The notes: generated by a model not told the origin, from the letters alone. 64,000 nucleotides of DNA from Pecten maximus (GCF_902652985.1 NC_047029.1:34472001-34536000); one strand, 5' to 3'; counted from the first letter of the stretch, positions 15,001 to 28,260 are shown. Made by a program: numbers and translations.

Positions 15001-15260
15001 TCGGGTGGTCACGCAGTCCTTGTAGGGTCAAACAAGCAGATCTTATATTCTTGATAGTCATTGAACTCTTCAGAAAACAAAATGTATTTGTATCGCTTAT
15101 TATTGCGGAAACTTAAATCACTGAGACAATTTGTCAATGAAGTAAAGAAATGTCACTTACCTTAGTATGAGATTCCGTGCTGTTTTATACATCAGCGCCA
15201 AGTAAATTCCTCTGATCCGGCGGGTTATATTATATCGGCAGCTACCCCGTGATGTCACTT
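1..15260 (-). CDS. Putative 5' portion of an unidentified spliced gene continuing left of the window
   Basis: Candidate exon 1 ends at 15161 (CTAAG|GTAAGT) next to an ETS-type motif. Exon 12674-12751 (tttttcag|...|GTATGT) holds an ATG at 12725 with an upstream in-frame TAG and encodes MPEPKLMGYTPTGVEGS. Exon 62->1 (ttttag|) reads AQELDTYINSQYGQQTQNEI. Intervening exons and product not established. Confidence 0.35.
1295..3560. repeat. Tandem minisatellite, 53-60 bp unit (tagctctgactacctatatcgacctatatagccattatctatccacatagctaacttata), drifting to a related variant after ~2480
   Basis: Rows 1441-1680 are exact 60-bp copies. Shorter 55/53-bp units follow, then the variant tagctctgcctaccagcctatatatacagtatctatc. 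Interrupted by an insertion at ~3087-3366. Confidence 0.95.
3181..3366. mobile_element. Palindromic MITE (~75-bp inverted arms, TA flanks) inserted in the minisatellite
   Basis: tggggcaaagaagtaattcaaacagtgtaaacaataaggcttgttaaattttctaggcaatccgcccctttatcaaaa recurs as a near-perfect reverse complement ending gcccca at 3366, flanked by tata on both sides. Confidence 0.85.
3781..4242. mobile_element. Non-autonomous hairpin-rich DNA element (dispersed repeat)
   Basis: 3781-4047 is nearly identical to 35068-35334. Inverted pairs tttctaccacaata/tattgtggtagaaa and a ~55-bp-arm hairpin at 4088-4219. Ends in cctctata. Confidence 0.8.
5033..5388. mobile_element. MITE with ~25-bp TIRs and TA target duplication (Tc1/mariner-pogo type)
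   Basis: TA-ccgtatttattctaataaacgcccc ... ggggcgtttattagaataaatacgg-TA; subterminal copies of aataaacgccc. Confidence 0.9.
5650..7975. repeat. Tandem minisatellite, ~53-bp unit with ~46-bp variants (gatcagagaatcccagattgacccgagtagggagtgagtatagactgtcccgt)
   Basis: gatc recurs at 5701, 5754, 5807 etc.; roughly 45 copies. Confidence 0.97.
11008..11198 (+). mobile_element. 5'-truncated tRNA-derived SINE with V-domain-like core
   Basis: B box GGTTCGATTCC at ~11033, followed by ggttttctcccggacccaggtactccaatttattcccaca, a degenerate V-SINE core. Confidence 0.75.
12942..13346 (+). mobile_element. Candidate TRIM / non-autonomous LTR element with tRNA-derived LTR (Ajax-like)
   Basis: TGTAAC...TTACA (12942-13070) contains a tRNA cloverleaf. 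A PBS-like TGGTGCC follows at 13075 and a purine tract gaaggaggaagtag at 13176-13189. A second, diverged TGTAA...TATTACA lies at 13190-13346. Confidence 0.55.
12967..13038 (+). pseudogene. Degenerate tRNA-Thr(AGT)-like sequence, element-derived
   Basis: A box TAGCTCAATTGG, D stem GCTC/GAGC, loop CTAGTGT (AGT), T arm ccggg-tttgaac-cctgg. Mismatches in the acceptor and anticodon stems. Confidence 0.7.
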
Positions 15261-15350
15261 CCGATATCGACGAGGGGCCCACCAAAGGGATCGTCCTAGA
15301 TACTGACCGACCATGATATAAGCTCAACTGGACCGCGGCGGCAATATAGC
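15240..15350 (-). promoter_or_regulatory. Putative promoter (CpG-enriched, ETS/GABP-type CGGAAGTG)
   Basis: cacttccg at 15256-15263 in a CpG-rich patch just upstream of a GTAAGT donor at 15160. Confidence 0.4.
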
Positions 15351-15728
15351 TACCGAAAATACATTTTAAAAATAATTGGCTTTCAGTCCACACATGTATT
15401 GTTATATATCAGGTACTAAATGATATTTTATTAGTCAATATCATGTATGCTATAGTGGGCTCTTTCATTGCGTAGACACCGAGGAGAAGGGGCGTAACGT
15501 GCAACAATGTTATTGTGTAATTTACTGTTTAATAGGCCTACAATGTATATTATAATGTATTCTTGGGTTACTTGTTACTTGCTTGTTGCCATCAAGTGCA
15601 CAATAAATATATGAGCTCAATTGAATTATTTTCCCGATCGAATTAATAAAATGGCGCATTAATTGTCACACAAATTTTTGGTATCAGAAAATGATTTTTT
15701 GACACCCGATATTTTGATATCGGAATAG

Positions 15729-15862
15729 NNNNNNNNNNNNNNNNNNNNNNNNNNNNNNNNNNNNNNNNNNNNNNNNNNNNNNNNNNNNNNNNNNNNNNNN
15801 NNNNNNNNNNNNNNNNNNNNNNNNNNNNNNNNNNNNNNNNNNNNNNNNNNNNNNNNNNNNNN
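15729..15862. other. Assembly gap
   Basis: Run of 134 N. Confidence 1.
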
Positions 15863-16489
15863 ATGGCGCCTCATTACAGTTTTTTGGTGGTCGATTGACA
15901 TGGTGTACTGTATATATATATAGTTCCCCTCCTGACGTAAAAGGTATGGGGACCATATTTGGTAATACAGGGTTATCCTAAATAAGGTTAAACCGGTAGA
16001 CTAAAAATAAATAAATTTAATAAATAAACATACACATACAACAAATATTTATCTTATTCTATATAGACACACATTTTGTAAGATCAGATAGATAGATAGG
16101 CGATATCATGACTTATATATATGGTGTAAGTAACACATTTCCTTGTACACGCAAAGTCTAGACACAAATATAATGTAATATAGGTCTATCTGATGAAACG
16201 GTTAAACGTTCTAGGACACGTTAGGGACAGCTTCTTTTGTTTTTGTTAGCAATAGACAAACTCTCATTTCTCTGTATTAGGTATAACATACTACTCTGGT
16301 ATGTCTATATATATACATGTATGTAGTTGCTACGCTCCACGGAATAACGTGCTATTTCCTGACACACTTTACCTGGTGGTATGATATACCTACAGCATAC
16401 ATATATGGATTTTGGTAACCTCTATTAATAGGTACACGCGCAATCATGTCGGGTAGGGATTGTACATGGTATGTATCAATGTACCTAGG

Positions 16490-19400
16490 TGGAAATTTTG
16501 GCAGGCGATCCCGCAGGATCAAGTCCATGAGCAGGCAATATAAATAGAGGGTTACAAGTTAGCACGTTAAGCTATATCAACGACGGAGGGAAATATTTTG
16601 TTGGTTTTTTGTTGGTTTTTTTTGTTATTTTTTGGGGGGTGGGGGTGTTGTGTTGGTTTTTTTTTTTTTTTTTTGCTCATTTTGCCATCAATACAAAGTA
16701 CATACAATTAATAAATCTTCAAACATATACCCACACGTTCCTAGTCCTATATCTGTATATAAATGTCCTCATTTATCATCGAGTAAACTACATATTCACG
16801 AATTCTCATAATTTGTCCATAAAACTTGTATAAGTCACATATGAATATGCCAAAACAAACTTATAAACAAATTACCTTTTATACTCATAAAATACATCAA
16901 ACTCCACACAAACAATCCACACACATCAAAAAATTGGAATATTTTGTTATCCACTTATATACACACCTCACTCCACACCCATATCAAATGTTCTCAACGT
17001 GTGTTTCAATCATTCAAATCAAATTCACGAGTGAAAATAAAACACGTAGCTATAACTTATATAGAAAATGATTTCTCTTATTATTAGAATGTTATTAGAA
17101 ACTCATAAGCACATACACAATTTACCACAGATACAGTATACAATGTATACAATCATATCTACCTGTTTAAATCACATACACGTCAACATATTACATCATA
17201 ATCAACATTTCACCACTTACATACCTATGTGTATGATATTGAAATACTTCAAAGAGCAAATGTGAAAAGAAAGGAAATATCAGTTTAGCACTGGAAAGTG
17301 AGGACGGAAAAATATGAGTATCACACAAGAAAAAAAGAGAGAATTAGGGGAAAACAAAAAAAAGTAATCATAATAATAAAACCTGAAGGCAATTTATAAA
17401 CTTGAAGAAACTTTCTAGCGTACACTGTACTGTTAAGAGGACTGACAATATGGGTTGAAAAGGTGAAGGGAAAAGAGAGTAAAAAGGTTTGATGGTATTA
17501 GTTTGGTGCAACGTGCTACAGTTGGTGTAGCCTGGTAACATTTAATCAATTATAGACGTACACAAGAATCCCCCACCAACATAGTTTCTATCACGTCAAA
17601 AAGGGGCATGAAAATCTTCAATAATCAAGTCGTCAATCGATATTCTGTCGTCAAGATGGGTTTCAGTTAAACATATTACGTCATATTCACTGACTATATC
17701 TTCAATATATTCAAGTTTGTTTCGAACACTTCTAACATACAAGTGAAAAGGTGACAACTCGTCAAGGCTTGGACCAGGACCATACATTGTACAGTCAGTA
17801 AAACAAGAACGAGCGAAAAATCCATATTGAGGAAACAAGGTGAAATAATTGCAACAGTACTATTTAGATAGTAAAAAAACATCATAATTTAATTCAGAAA
17901 ATCTACCGATTTTCAAAAGGAATACAAAGTTTGATTTAGAATAAACAAGAGGAGGAATCTAAATCAAGAATAATCTCAATGATAAAGTATATATCAGTAA
18001 ATTAAACATTATAAATGATAATACTGTTATCATATGTTAATTAGTTTGTCCGAAACACATGTAAATGTAATATGGGCCGTGGGTATTGACAGGGGACCCC
18101 GGGAGATTGTCCTCATGCATCACGGATCAAGTCCACGGGCAGGCTATTTAATTAGTGGGTCACAAGCTAGCACGTTAAAACTATAAAACAACACAGGAGA
18201 TTTACATGTTAAGACATTACAAGTGTACGGCATTATTGTAAAGGGAAAGACATGTTTTACAAAATAGGAAAACATATTAGATAAGGAATAAAACCTTTTA
18301 ACACCTACACACTTATATACATGATATATATTGACATACATAAAAAAATATTTATGCATATCTAATCATAATGAGGGAAAATGTGAAAAGAACAGAAATA
18401 AAGAAATATCAGTGTAGCACTTAAAAATGTGTAACGGAAAAGGAGAACAGAGGTGGGGGGGGGGGGGGGGGGGTGGTAAATAAGATAATAGTATTGTTAA
18501 TGTAAGAAAGAGGAATCAAAATAGGTATAGGGAAAGTAAACGGGAAGGGGATATAAGGCTTGATACAAAAGTTGAATATAGCTTCCTATATGTTATATAT
18601 CAACTTTGTGAACGGCTATCACGAACTACGTAAACAAGAAGAGGAAACTCAATAAAGATTTCTCTTTATGATCAATTAGTTAATAAAATGAAAATGATAA
18701 TTGATAATGTAATCACATCTTAATCAGTTTGTCTCATTTTCCCCAGGTATTTTCAAACACATGTAAATAATATGATATGAGGCGTTGGTATTGACAAGGG
18801 ATCCCTGGTCATACGCCACGGATCAAGTCTACGGACAGGTAACATAAATAGTCGGTCACAAGTTAGCACGTTAAAACTATAAAACCACACAGACGATATA
18901 CATGTACTTCCAACAGCATTTACACAAATCAACGATAGACATACATGTGTACCAATGTAAAAAACAAAAATCTTATCTCTTTACATTAATTGTAAAATAT
19001 ATAATGATTGTAAAGGAAAAGATAGATTTTTCAAACCATATTAAAGTAATAAAAAAAAACACGTTACCACGTAGATATATATATGCATGATATTGAAATA
19101 CTTAAAAATGTATATGTTTATCTACTCATAATGAGAGCAAATGTGAAAGGGAAAAAGAAATATCAATATCAATCAATCTAAAAGTATTGGGGGGGGGGGG
19201 GGGGGGGAGGAGAATGGGGGGGGGGGGGGGGAGTAATAATGATAATACAACATTCTGTCTAAAGTGTACGTTGTATTGTTAATGTAAGGAAGAGGCATTA
19301 AAAGAGGTGTTGGAAAAGTAAATTGGAAGCAGAAAAAAGGTTTGATTCAAGAGGTAGATATAGCTTCCTATGTTACAAAACATATAATATATATCGGCTT

Positions 19401-20800
19401 TGTGAAGGACTATCAAAAATTACATAAAAAAAGAGGAGGAAACTAAATAAAGATTTATCTCAATGATAAAGTATATATGAATAAATTAAAAAAATGATAT
19501 CTAATACTGTAAACACAAATTAGAAATGATAATACTGTTATCGCATCTTAATTAGTTTGTCCGAAACACATGTAAATGTAATACAGGACGTTGGTATTGA
19601 CAGGGGACCACGGGAGATTGTCCTCATGCATCACGGATCAAGTCTACGGGCAGGTAATATATACAAAATGGGTCACATATTAGCACGTTAAAGCTTTAGA
19701 ACCGGATAGGAGATTTACATATTAAGACATTACAAGTATATGGCATGATTGTAAAGGGAAAGACATGTTTTACAAAATAGGAAAACATATTAAGATAAGA
19801 AATAAAACGTTTTACCACGTACACACTTCTATGCATGATATTGAAATACATTAGAAAAATATTTATGCATATCTAATCATAAAGAGAGCAAATGTGAAAA
19901 GAAAACAAATATCAGTCTAGCCCTTTAAAATGTGTATGGGGAAAAGGGGGGTGGGGGGTGGGGGGGGGGGGGGGGGGGTAATAAAATGATAATAAGGCAT
20001 CAAAGTAGTTTATAGTTTATAACTTCATAACTTTGTACAAACTTTCTCAGGTGTGCATTGTATTGTTAATGTTAGAGTAAGAAAGAGGTATTAAAAGAGG
20101 TGTTGGAAAACTAAACTGGAAGGAGAAATAAGGTTTGATACAACAGGTTGATATAGCTTCCTATATACTACATTGAATATAAAATATATATAATATATAT
20201 CGGCTTTGTAAAGGACTATTACAGATTACGTAAACAAGAGGAGGAAACTAAATACAGATTTATCTCTTTGATAATTAAGTATATATGAATAAATTAAAAA
20301 TGATATTTAATACTGTAATCACAAATTGAAAATGATAATACTGTAATTACATCTGAATTAGTTTGCCACATTTCCCCCATTTATTTTCAAACACATGTAA
20401 AATATGTAATATGAGGCATGAATATTGGCAGGGGATCCCGGGATATTGTCCGCATACACCACGGATCATGTTCATGAGCAGGCGATACAAATAGTGGGTC
20501 ACAAGTTAGCACGTTAAAACTATAAAACCACTCAGAAGATTTACATGTTAAACAGGAACTATACAAATCAACGATATACATACAAGTGTATTACATTATT
20601 GTAAAGGGAAAGATATTTTTTACATAACAGGAAACATATTAAGATATGAAATAAAACATTTTACCACGTACATACTTATATGCATGATATTGAAATATAT
20701 TGAAAGTAATTTATAAATTTCCACAGACTGTCTAAAGTGTATACTGTACTGTTAAAGTAAGAAAGAGGAATCAAAAGAGGTGCTGAGAAAGTAAAACACC
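16490..20800. repeat. Diverged long tandem repeat (~700-830-bp unit, about 5 copies) with poly-G tracts
   Basis: The core ggatcaagtccacgggcagg...gggtcacaagttagcacgttaaaac recurs at ~16516, 18124, 18820, 19635, 20463. Other blocks such as gcaaatgtgaaaag and aaacaagaggaggaaac recur in the same order. Confidence 0.9.
17596..17885 (-). mobile_element. CR1/L2-type LINE ORF2 remnant: N-terminus of the APE-type endonuclease
   Basis: PGPS...FHLYVRSVRNKLEYIEDIVSEYDVICLTETHLDD matches the (H/N)xNxRS..NK...DVICLTETxL start of LINE endonucleases; truncated. Confidence 0.85.
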
Positions 20801-21029
20801 TTAACGATAGTCATGTCTTGTCAGTAGATTGAATGAAATTTTCAGCACAACAGAACACTACCGAAGACAATACGTTACATGTTTACATGATAAATGACAA
20901 AATTTTTTCCGAGTTTGCTCCGACTCTGACACCTGAATCGGACATTTTGACTGATAGAATATCAGACCAGAGGAAATTCGGTCTTAAATTTGACAGTGGA
21001 CGTGGTGTAAACTAGAAAGATGATTAGCT

Positions 21030-21325
21030 CAATCTCTCACCGATAGAAGTGATTATCTCTCTCACCGACAGAAGTGACTGTCTCCCTTACCAACAGAAAT
21101 GATTATCTCCCTTACCGACAGAAGTGATTGTCTCCCTTCCCAACATAAGGATCATCTCCCTTGCCGACAAAAGTGATTGTCTCCCTTCCGACAGAAGTGA
21201 TTGTCTCCCTTACCAACAGAAATTATTATCTCCCTTACCGACAGAAGTGATTGTCTCCCTTCCCAACATAAGTGATAATCACCCTTACCGACAAAAGTGA
21301 TAATCTCCTTTACCGACAGAAGTGA
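21030..21325. repeat. Minisatellite, ~29-bp unit (gtgattgtctcccttaccgacagaa)
   Basis: About 10 diverged tandem copies. Confidence 0.9.
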
Positions 21326-22512
21326 TACATGCGTTTGATCACTGTTTCAGTAATTGTTCAAGAGTTATATCCGGAAAAGACTGTATTGAACTATTCGGAC
21401 TGAACTTTGACACTACATATTCGTAAACTAATGGTCGCAGTGACCCGATTATAGTATTAATATCCGTATTTTCTATTTTCTGTATCAAATTTTCCCTTTT
21501 GGAAACATATTTCATGCAATTATGACGGTAATGTCTTTTTATACCTTAATGTTCCAATTAAGATTTTTGCAATATCCCTTTAATTAAATCCATATATTTA
21601 TTTGATCAATTTAAGCCTATAATTCCTTTAATATCGGCAAGTAATTATAATACGCCAGTCATCCCCCTCCTCAAAACAAAAATGGCTGAAATGATTATAA
21701 CGTTTAAAAAGCTTGCAAGCAGCCGAGGAGGTTTGAAACATTTTCAAATTACAACAAAAATCTTCAATTGTCAAACGTTTCTTCTGCGAAATTATATGAA
21801 GAGAACTTGCTACTGCGTACATCCAGGATCTTGTATACATTTTCTGGGTACGTCGAGAACTTGTATCGGTGTGACAAGTCGAGGTCATACCAGTATTGTT
21901 ACTGATAAAGATTAGAACTATTCTATCGTCCGGAACTCAAATTATGCCATAGCAATTACAAGGATACAAGCATTATCTCCCTTTTGTATTTTAGCAAAAT
22001 AGATATATAATGAAAAGTTTAAGATATGTTATAGGGTGCCGGAGTTACTTCCCTTTGATATTAATAGAAGCCATATCAATAAAACTTGGTGTTACTAGTG
22101 GGACCAGATATGATTTCAAATTGATTTTAGCATCGTCAAAGATGATATCTACAGACTCTACCCTGTATCACTATTATTTTTTCCACAATTAATGACAAAT
22201 CATATCAACATTGTGGACAATGGAGGTATTGACAACAGACCTACATTACTACATGGCATTACTTTGTACGATACGTCTTTAAAGAACACGAGATCCCTTC
22301 CTGTTACATAAACTATATCCTTATTAAAATCATTGTAAATACTATATATATACTATGGTGGTTTATGAAGATTTTAATGATTTTATAGAAAGATTTAAAA
22401 AAAAAAAAAAAAAAAAAAACCGGGAAATGACATATGTGAAGTAACACCTGCCTGTGGACATTTACCATTCATACGTACATGACAGATAAGCTTGTTTGGG
22501 ACAGCACTAGGT

Positions 22513-25500
22513 ATGGCGGTCGTCAAACTGTTCTTAGAAGTGACAGTTTTAAGCGCTATTTCGGCGTATGTTCTGGACAATCGCATTGTCTACCCTACAC
22601 CACCGGGTTGTTCCTGGGAAGGAAAAGAATACAATCATGGAGACGGAATTAACCGCGATAACTGTTCTATGTGTGAATGCCATATGGGACAAATTGTATG
22701 TATGTATCCTAACTGCCCTGTATTCCATCATAACTGTGTTGACGTTGTCACTATCAAATGTGGATGTCATCATTGTCCAAATGGTAATGCTGCAAGTTTT
22801 ATTAACATTTGAAATTATGCCAGATTAAACCTAGATTTGTAAGCGTTTACTCTTCCGGAACAACTGATCCCTTTTTCATGCTCAAGCATAAATCTTTACT
22901 CAACCCAACTTCTGTTAACTGGCTTAAATAATAAAACGTCAGTTCAAAAGAAAGAAAAGAAAACCTAAACATGGAAAATAATATCTCACCAAGTCTTCCG
23001 AAATTCTTTCAAATCATTGAAAACTATTACAATGTACAAGATAATTCTGGTATCAGATTATCACCAATAAGTGATTAAGTCTTAACACAAAGTGAATATT
23101 GGAGCACGAGAACGATTTAAGGAATACGGGCACTGGTCTTATTCTTGTAAATTTCTCTATAGTTTTCTTTTGTTATATCTATTTTTTATTTGGAATTATG
23201 GTTTCGTTATCATGCCGCCATTCTTTGTTGTTTTGTATACAAGTAATGCCGACATGTCTAGACAACGTCCTTAAATGACCATCGCTGTTATTATTACGAC
23301 GTTAAATACGATATTTTACATCACTGATATTGACTTAACATATCTTGCAACAATATACCGCATATACACGTACCTTTATCTCATTTTTCTTGTGACATAA
23401 CTTTTTACATTTTGTCAAAAACATAGCTTCTATGTCCACGATTTTATAATAAAGCACACCAATCCTATTAACAAATTCGCATCTGACGGAGATTTTAAAC
23501 AAGACTTCTTCAGCACAATTGTTTGCTTGATGCTTAGCTGTGGTGTCCTTGGTCCTAATGTATTTGTTCATTTCATAGGGAAAGATCTCAATTCTAATAT
23601 TGAAATTCGCTCTGACGAAAGAGAAATGTTGATATCTCGGCTACCTTCCAGATCAAAGGGAATTATCAATAATCTTTTAGAGATATTACATATGCTATTA
23701 ATGTAGAGGTTGCTCTTTACTCTGCGCTTCTTTTCTCTGGATGATGCAGATTCTTTCACATTGTTCGTCCTTTATTGCAATAGCTGTTTTTCAAAACAAC
23801 TATTTCATTGATATCATCGATGCACTCGTTAGAATAGTAACAGTCTGTCTCAATGGAATTCGATGACCAATATATGTTAGAACACCAACATTGGATATAG
23901 GGTTGGCTGAAAAATGAAAGTGCTTTAATGTTCATAACACCTAAGCGCAGCATGTGAAAGATGAGCCAAATCTCACCAGAAAGGCCAAGTCACTATCTGT
24001 CAAAGTTGATAATTGTGACTTTCCAAACTTAGACATGGAATACCTTCGGACAATCTCCTGTGGCACGTACCAAATATCATTGGCAGATGGCTACATCAGT
24101 GAGAACCTCAGTGATGATGGTGACTACAAAAGTTGAATCTATCGGCACTTCCGGGACATTGCACGATGTCAGATCCACCCGAGGCATATGAGCAGTGTAA
24201 AGTACAATGTTTGGATCCAGCATGACAGCTCCGACACCATTAATCCCATAAAGGATTTTAATTGCTTACTATTTTTGGGCAATTCATTATATTTTTTTGG
24301 AGATACTTTTAGCACATAGTTACGAATTGACTCCAATAGGAAGTTGTTTTAACCGTAGAAAATTTCGCTGAATGTAAAAAGAGCATGTTCTTACCCAAAA
24401 TCCATCTATTTTTTATCTCCGACTTCTAATGTATTCAAAATTGTAACGTCATGCTTTGCATATATGATATATAATATGATATTGTCAGCATGTTCATGTT
24501 TAGTTTTTCTCAAAATATGAAGAATTGATATTGTAGCATTTCACCGAAATTGTAATTTTTGGCAAAAAAGGGCGCGAGTATGTACATGTTTGAAATAAAG
24601 TGTCTATTTTTTAGCGCAGGACTACGGAGGCTACCAATAGTACATACGAGTTATTGTATTTGCTTCTTATGCCATTTTTAAACCCCATCGTTGTTGTGAA
24701 ATAACAGTGCGCACAAAAACGGGAATTTTAGTGATTTTTTGCTTAAAATTTCTACGTCTCCTTAATCTGTAGGTGGGTTACATTGGAGTTTGTTGTGGAA
24801 TATCATTGGGGGAGGGAAATCATACTTTAATGTAAATTAGCCTTGTCCGACCGCTGGGTTCAAAAACTTTGCTGAAATTTTGCTTAAAAACCCTACACCT
24901 GCTTAATTCTTGATAGTGGATTACGTCCAACATCATTAGGGGCTACAATAATATGTATATAAATGAGGCTGGATTGAACACTAGGGTCAGTTGGGTGCGT
25001 CTCCATCAGAGGAACTTGCTTTCTATATATAATGGTTCAATTGTCAGAAGACCATTAAGGGTCATGGCCGTCTTGTTCTTTGTATGCGAGGGAAACAAAA
25101 TTCATTAACACATACATGTAGTTCTGCCTTGGTCGAGACGCGATGGTACATTATTGTTTGACCAGGAACATATCCTGCATATTCTACAATCACGATATCT
25201 ATCTACCATTATCCTAAAGGTAAAATATGTTTAATGTTTTCGACCCGACAGGATACAACTGCAAATTCGGCAATTTGACGCTCCAGTATGGTACGGACTA
25301 CAGACCGGATGAGACAACAATATGCAGTTGCGTGGAAGGAGAATACAATGCAGTATGTAGGCCGTTTGGTTGTGAATACCAGGGGAAGATGTATTCAGAA
25401 GAGATCTTCCATCCATCACCGTGTGTGACCTGTCGATGTTATCCACATACCAATGTTCAAAATTGCTCCCTAAACGCATGCATCAACAAACCTCTCGTAT

Positions 25501-27493
25501 GTGTGGACGCTACAGTCGAGGCAGGAACCTGTTGTCACGTCTGTCCCAATGGTGAGTCTTGTTTTATATAATTGTGAGTTTCATTTCACTTTATAAAGTT
25601 TTGTCCTTTTTATCAAATACACACATGCAATAGGTATTGGTAAGAAAGCTAATTCTTATATATATATATATATATATATTAAAACCCAGGTTAAATATTT
25701 TAGATTCTACCAGGTCGGTATAAGCCATATTGACCGAATCCAAGGCTTTTTATATTAGATATGAAACTTGTTCGTGTTTATAAAAATAGAAAGATCAGGT
25801 TAATATTTCAAAAACTTAACCTCCACGTGACCATTTAAGGAAACATATATATTACAGTACAGTATATATATGTGATTATCAAAAGGTAAAATTGTAAATC
25901 AATGTCATGACGGTTTTAGAAATGTCCAGCTTTCAGAAACGACTCTAAAGGAAAAAAATGAATGAATTTAAAATACTTTACTTTCACTGTCAGGATCGTA
26001 ATTAATTAGATATTGACGGTGTTTCCCGCCAATTTATTACCATTGTACAGTTAATATTTACCTACGGATTTTCAGTGTACAAAAAGCTCATTTTACAGAA
26101 ATTGATCCTTAAGCGAGAGATTTTGTACATGTCTTTATATTGATGTTGTAAATATGAAGTTGTTTTATCTGGTGAGACGCTAATAAAGTACAGTGTATTT
26201 GAATTGTTACAAAAGTCGGATTTCTCGCTTAATATTAATATTTACAAGTATTCGTTTCATATCAGCATAGGTACTCACCTCGTCTTCCAATACACACAAT
26301 AAATCATGTATTGACAGACGAGGTATGTGGTGAATGCTATGTTGTGAGCCTCGCATTGAAGGAGGTACTCGAGGATGTTCTTTTTAAGTCCTACTATTCT
26401 CTGACTATTTAGGACCGTGAACACAAGGACTGGTCTCGTTTGGTTTGTTTATATTGACGAGGCATAGTAAAAAAGACACGCGGCTTTTGCAAAATTTACA
26501 AAATCGGTTAGGGTGAAAGAGTCTGCCATTGCGATGGATGCCATTCACAATTGTGGCTTTAAATTGATTGAACATCCGCCTTATTCACCTGATCTCGCTC
26601 CATCAGACTTTCATCTGTTTCCAAACCTGTAAACAGATATTTCAGGTACCATAACCCTAACCCTATTCTTAACATTCTGTGGATGACTTTCTGAACAGCC
26701 CAGAAAAGGAGTTCTATAAAAGTCGCGTTGGGGGCCTTAAACACCACTGGCAAAAGTGTATATATACTGAAGGGGGTTATATTGAAAAATGTTACAATAT
26801 GTCAGGCAAAATTCAAGTTCTTCAATAAGAGGCTCACAACTTATTAGATGAGGTAAGTATTCTTGGAGTATATCGTGTGTATTGACTGACTAGGCGAGTA
26901 CCGGAGTTTATATCAATTAAAGCGATATATGTTGAGGCGAGTACCGGAGTTTATATCAATTAAAACGATATATGTTTTTGTGAGGAGATATATCCTATGA
27001 CTTTAAATATCTGCTATACAATTTTTAATGATATTAAATAAAAAAGACGGCGAGTTGGTGAACATGTCAGTGTTAAAAAAGATTGTTCCTTATGGAACTT
27101 TAAAGATGCATGACTATGACGTCGCCTGTTACGTATTTTTACTATATCTTTAGTGTATATATAAAGTATTTATAACTGAAGCTGTATTTGTTATTTTATA
27201 AAAGATAACTGCGTTAAGATGGTTGATTTGGTAAAATAATTTTGGCATCATCTTCAATACCATCAACACATATCTGAATGAGAAAATTGTTTATTTCGGC
27301 AGGCCCAAACTGCTTTGCGGGAAACAGGAAAATTCCTGCAGGTATTGACTATAACGATGGTGGTCAAATCTGTCGATGCCCAGAACCTAACCATGAGATG
27401 CACTTCGGAAGTAGTGGCCCCCAGGCCATTTGTAACCTTGTTGGTCCCATGGCTCCACCATCCTCTACTACACACCCCCTACAGGTGTTATAA
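22513..27493 (+). CDS. Secreted von Willebrand factor type C domain protein, brorin/VWC2-like (253 aa)
   Basis: Exons 22513-22783, 25252-25551, 27303-27493. Both introns are phase-1 GT-AG within CPN-G; total 762 nt. Signal peptide MAVVKLFLEVTVLSAISA. VWC cysteine pattern and the brorin-like segment CCHVCPNGPNCFAGNRKIPAG. Confidence 0.9.
23954..24266 (+). mobile_element. Decayed DNA transposase C-terminal fragment (ISL2EU/Harbinger-like) in intron 1 of the VWC gene
   Basis: FPNLDMEYLRTISCGTYQISLADGYISE...*...RCQIHPRHMSSVKYNVWIQH resembles the FP.L..LR.IT.G.YQ...SRH...Y..WI segment of DDE_Tnp_4-type transposases; in-frame stop at 24134-24136. Confidence 0.6.
26522..26790 (+). mobile_element. 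Mariner transposase 3' remnant in intron 2 of the VWC gene
   Basis: Reads GFKLIEHPPYSPDLAPSDFHLFPN (mariner YSPDLAPxD signature), then after a frameshift FYKSRVGALKHHWQKCIYTEGGYIEK. Confidence 0.9.
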
Positions 27494-28260
27494 CAAACCT
27501 GCCAGTGTCAATCTGGCAATTATTTTCGTACAGTGGCTGATTTGAGCAATTTCAATATTTTGCATTTTTGGAAGAAAACTCAGATTTACAAATACATTGT
27601 ATTTATTTGAAGAAAGATGAGTATAATTTGTATTCTGCATTGTTTTGTTTTTGCCCTGTAGATAACAAAACTAGCCCTATATGAAAACGAGGTCATATAT
27701 ACTTTAGGAGCAAACAATACCATTTTGTCGATTTTTAGGTGATTAACCATAAAGTGGAGGTTCAGCGATCAATCAAACACTTTATGTCAGGTAAATAGAA
27801 AACATTATATGACTGTTATTTGCTCTTTCTAGAATAGCCGATTCTAAATACTTTGACTTGGCTTAAGTTTGCTCTTTGGAACTACGGTCTTTTGTGTTGT
27901 GTATGTCCGATACCATTACAATTTATTTTATGTATTTGTCAGAGGCCTATAGGTCTAAGAATAATATGTTATTGCAAAATAATGTTGAAATGTACTTTTT
28001 TGCATATTATTATGACGTGGACTTAACTGTTTGGCATCAAAACTCACTTTGAATCAATGTTTTCTAAAAGCTTATAAGTAAATTCACATCCTACCAATTT
28101 AGCTTGCACATTGAGAGTGATATCATGGAAAGGTAATATAGAACAAAATTGTGATTTTGGTTTTTATTAATGAACGTAACATGCGTCGTTGCTCGGATAA
28201 ACACAGTATGACATAACTGTATATATACTAATGAGGCTGAGAATGTCCCTATTCAGACAC

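Noticed and set aside
23335-23953. Chain of short minus-strand ORFs in VWC intron 1
   Set aside because: Possibly a decayed transposon coding region, but no diagnostic motif could be identified.
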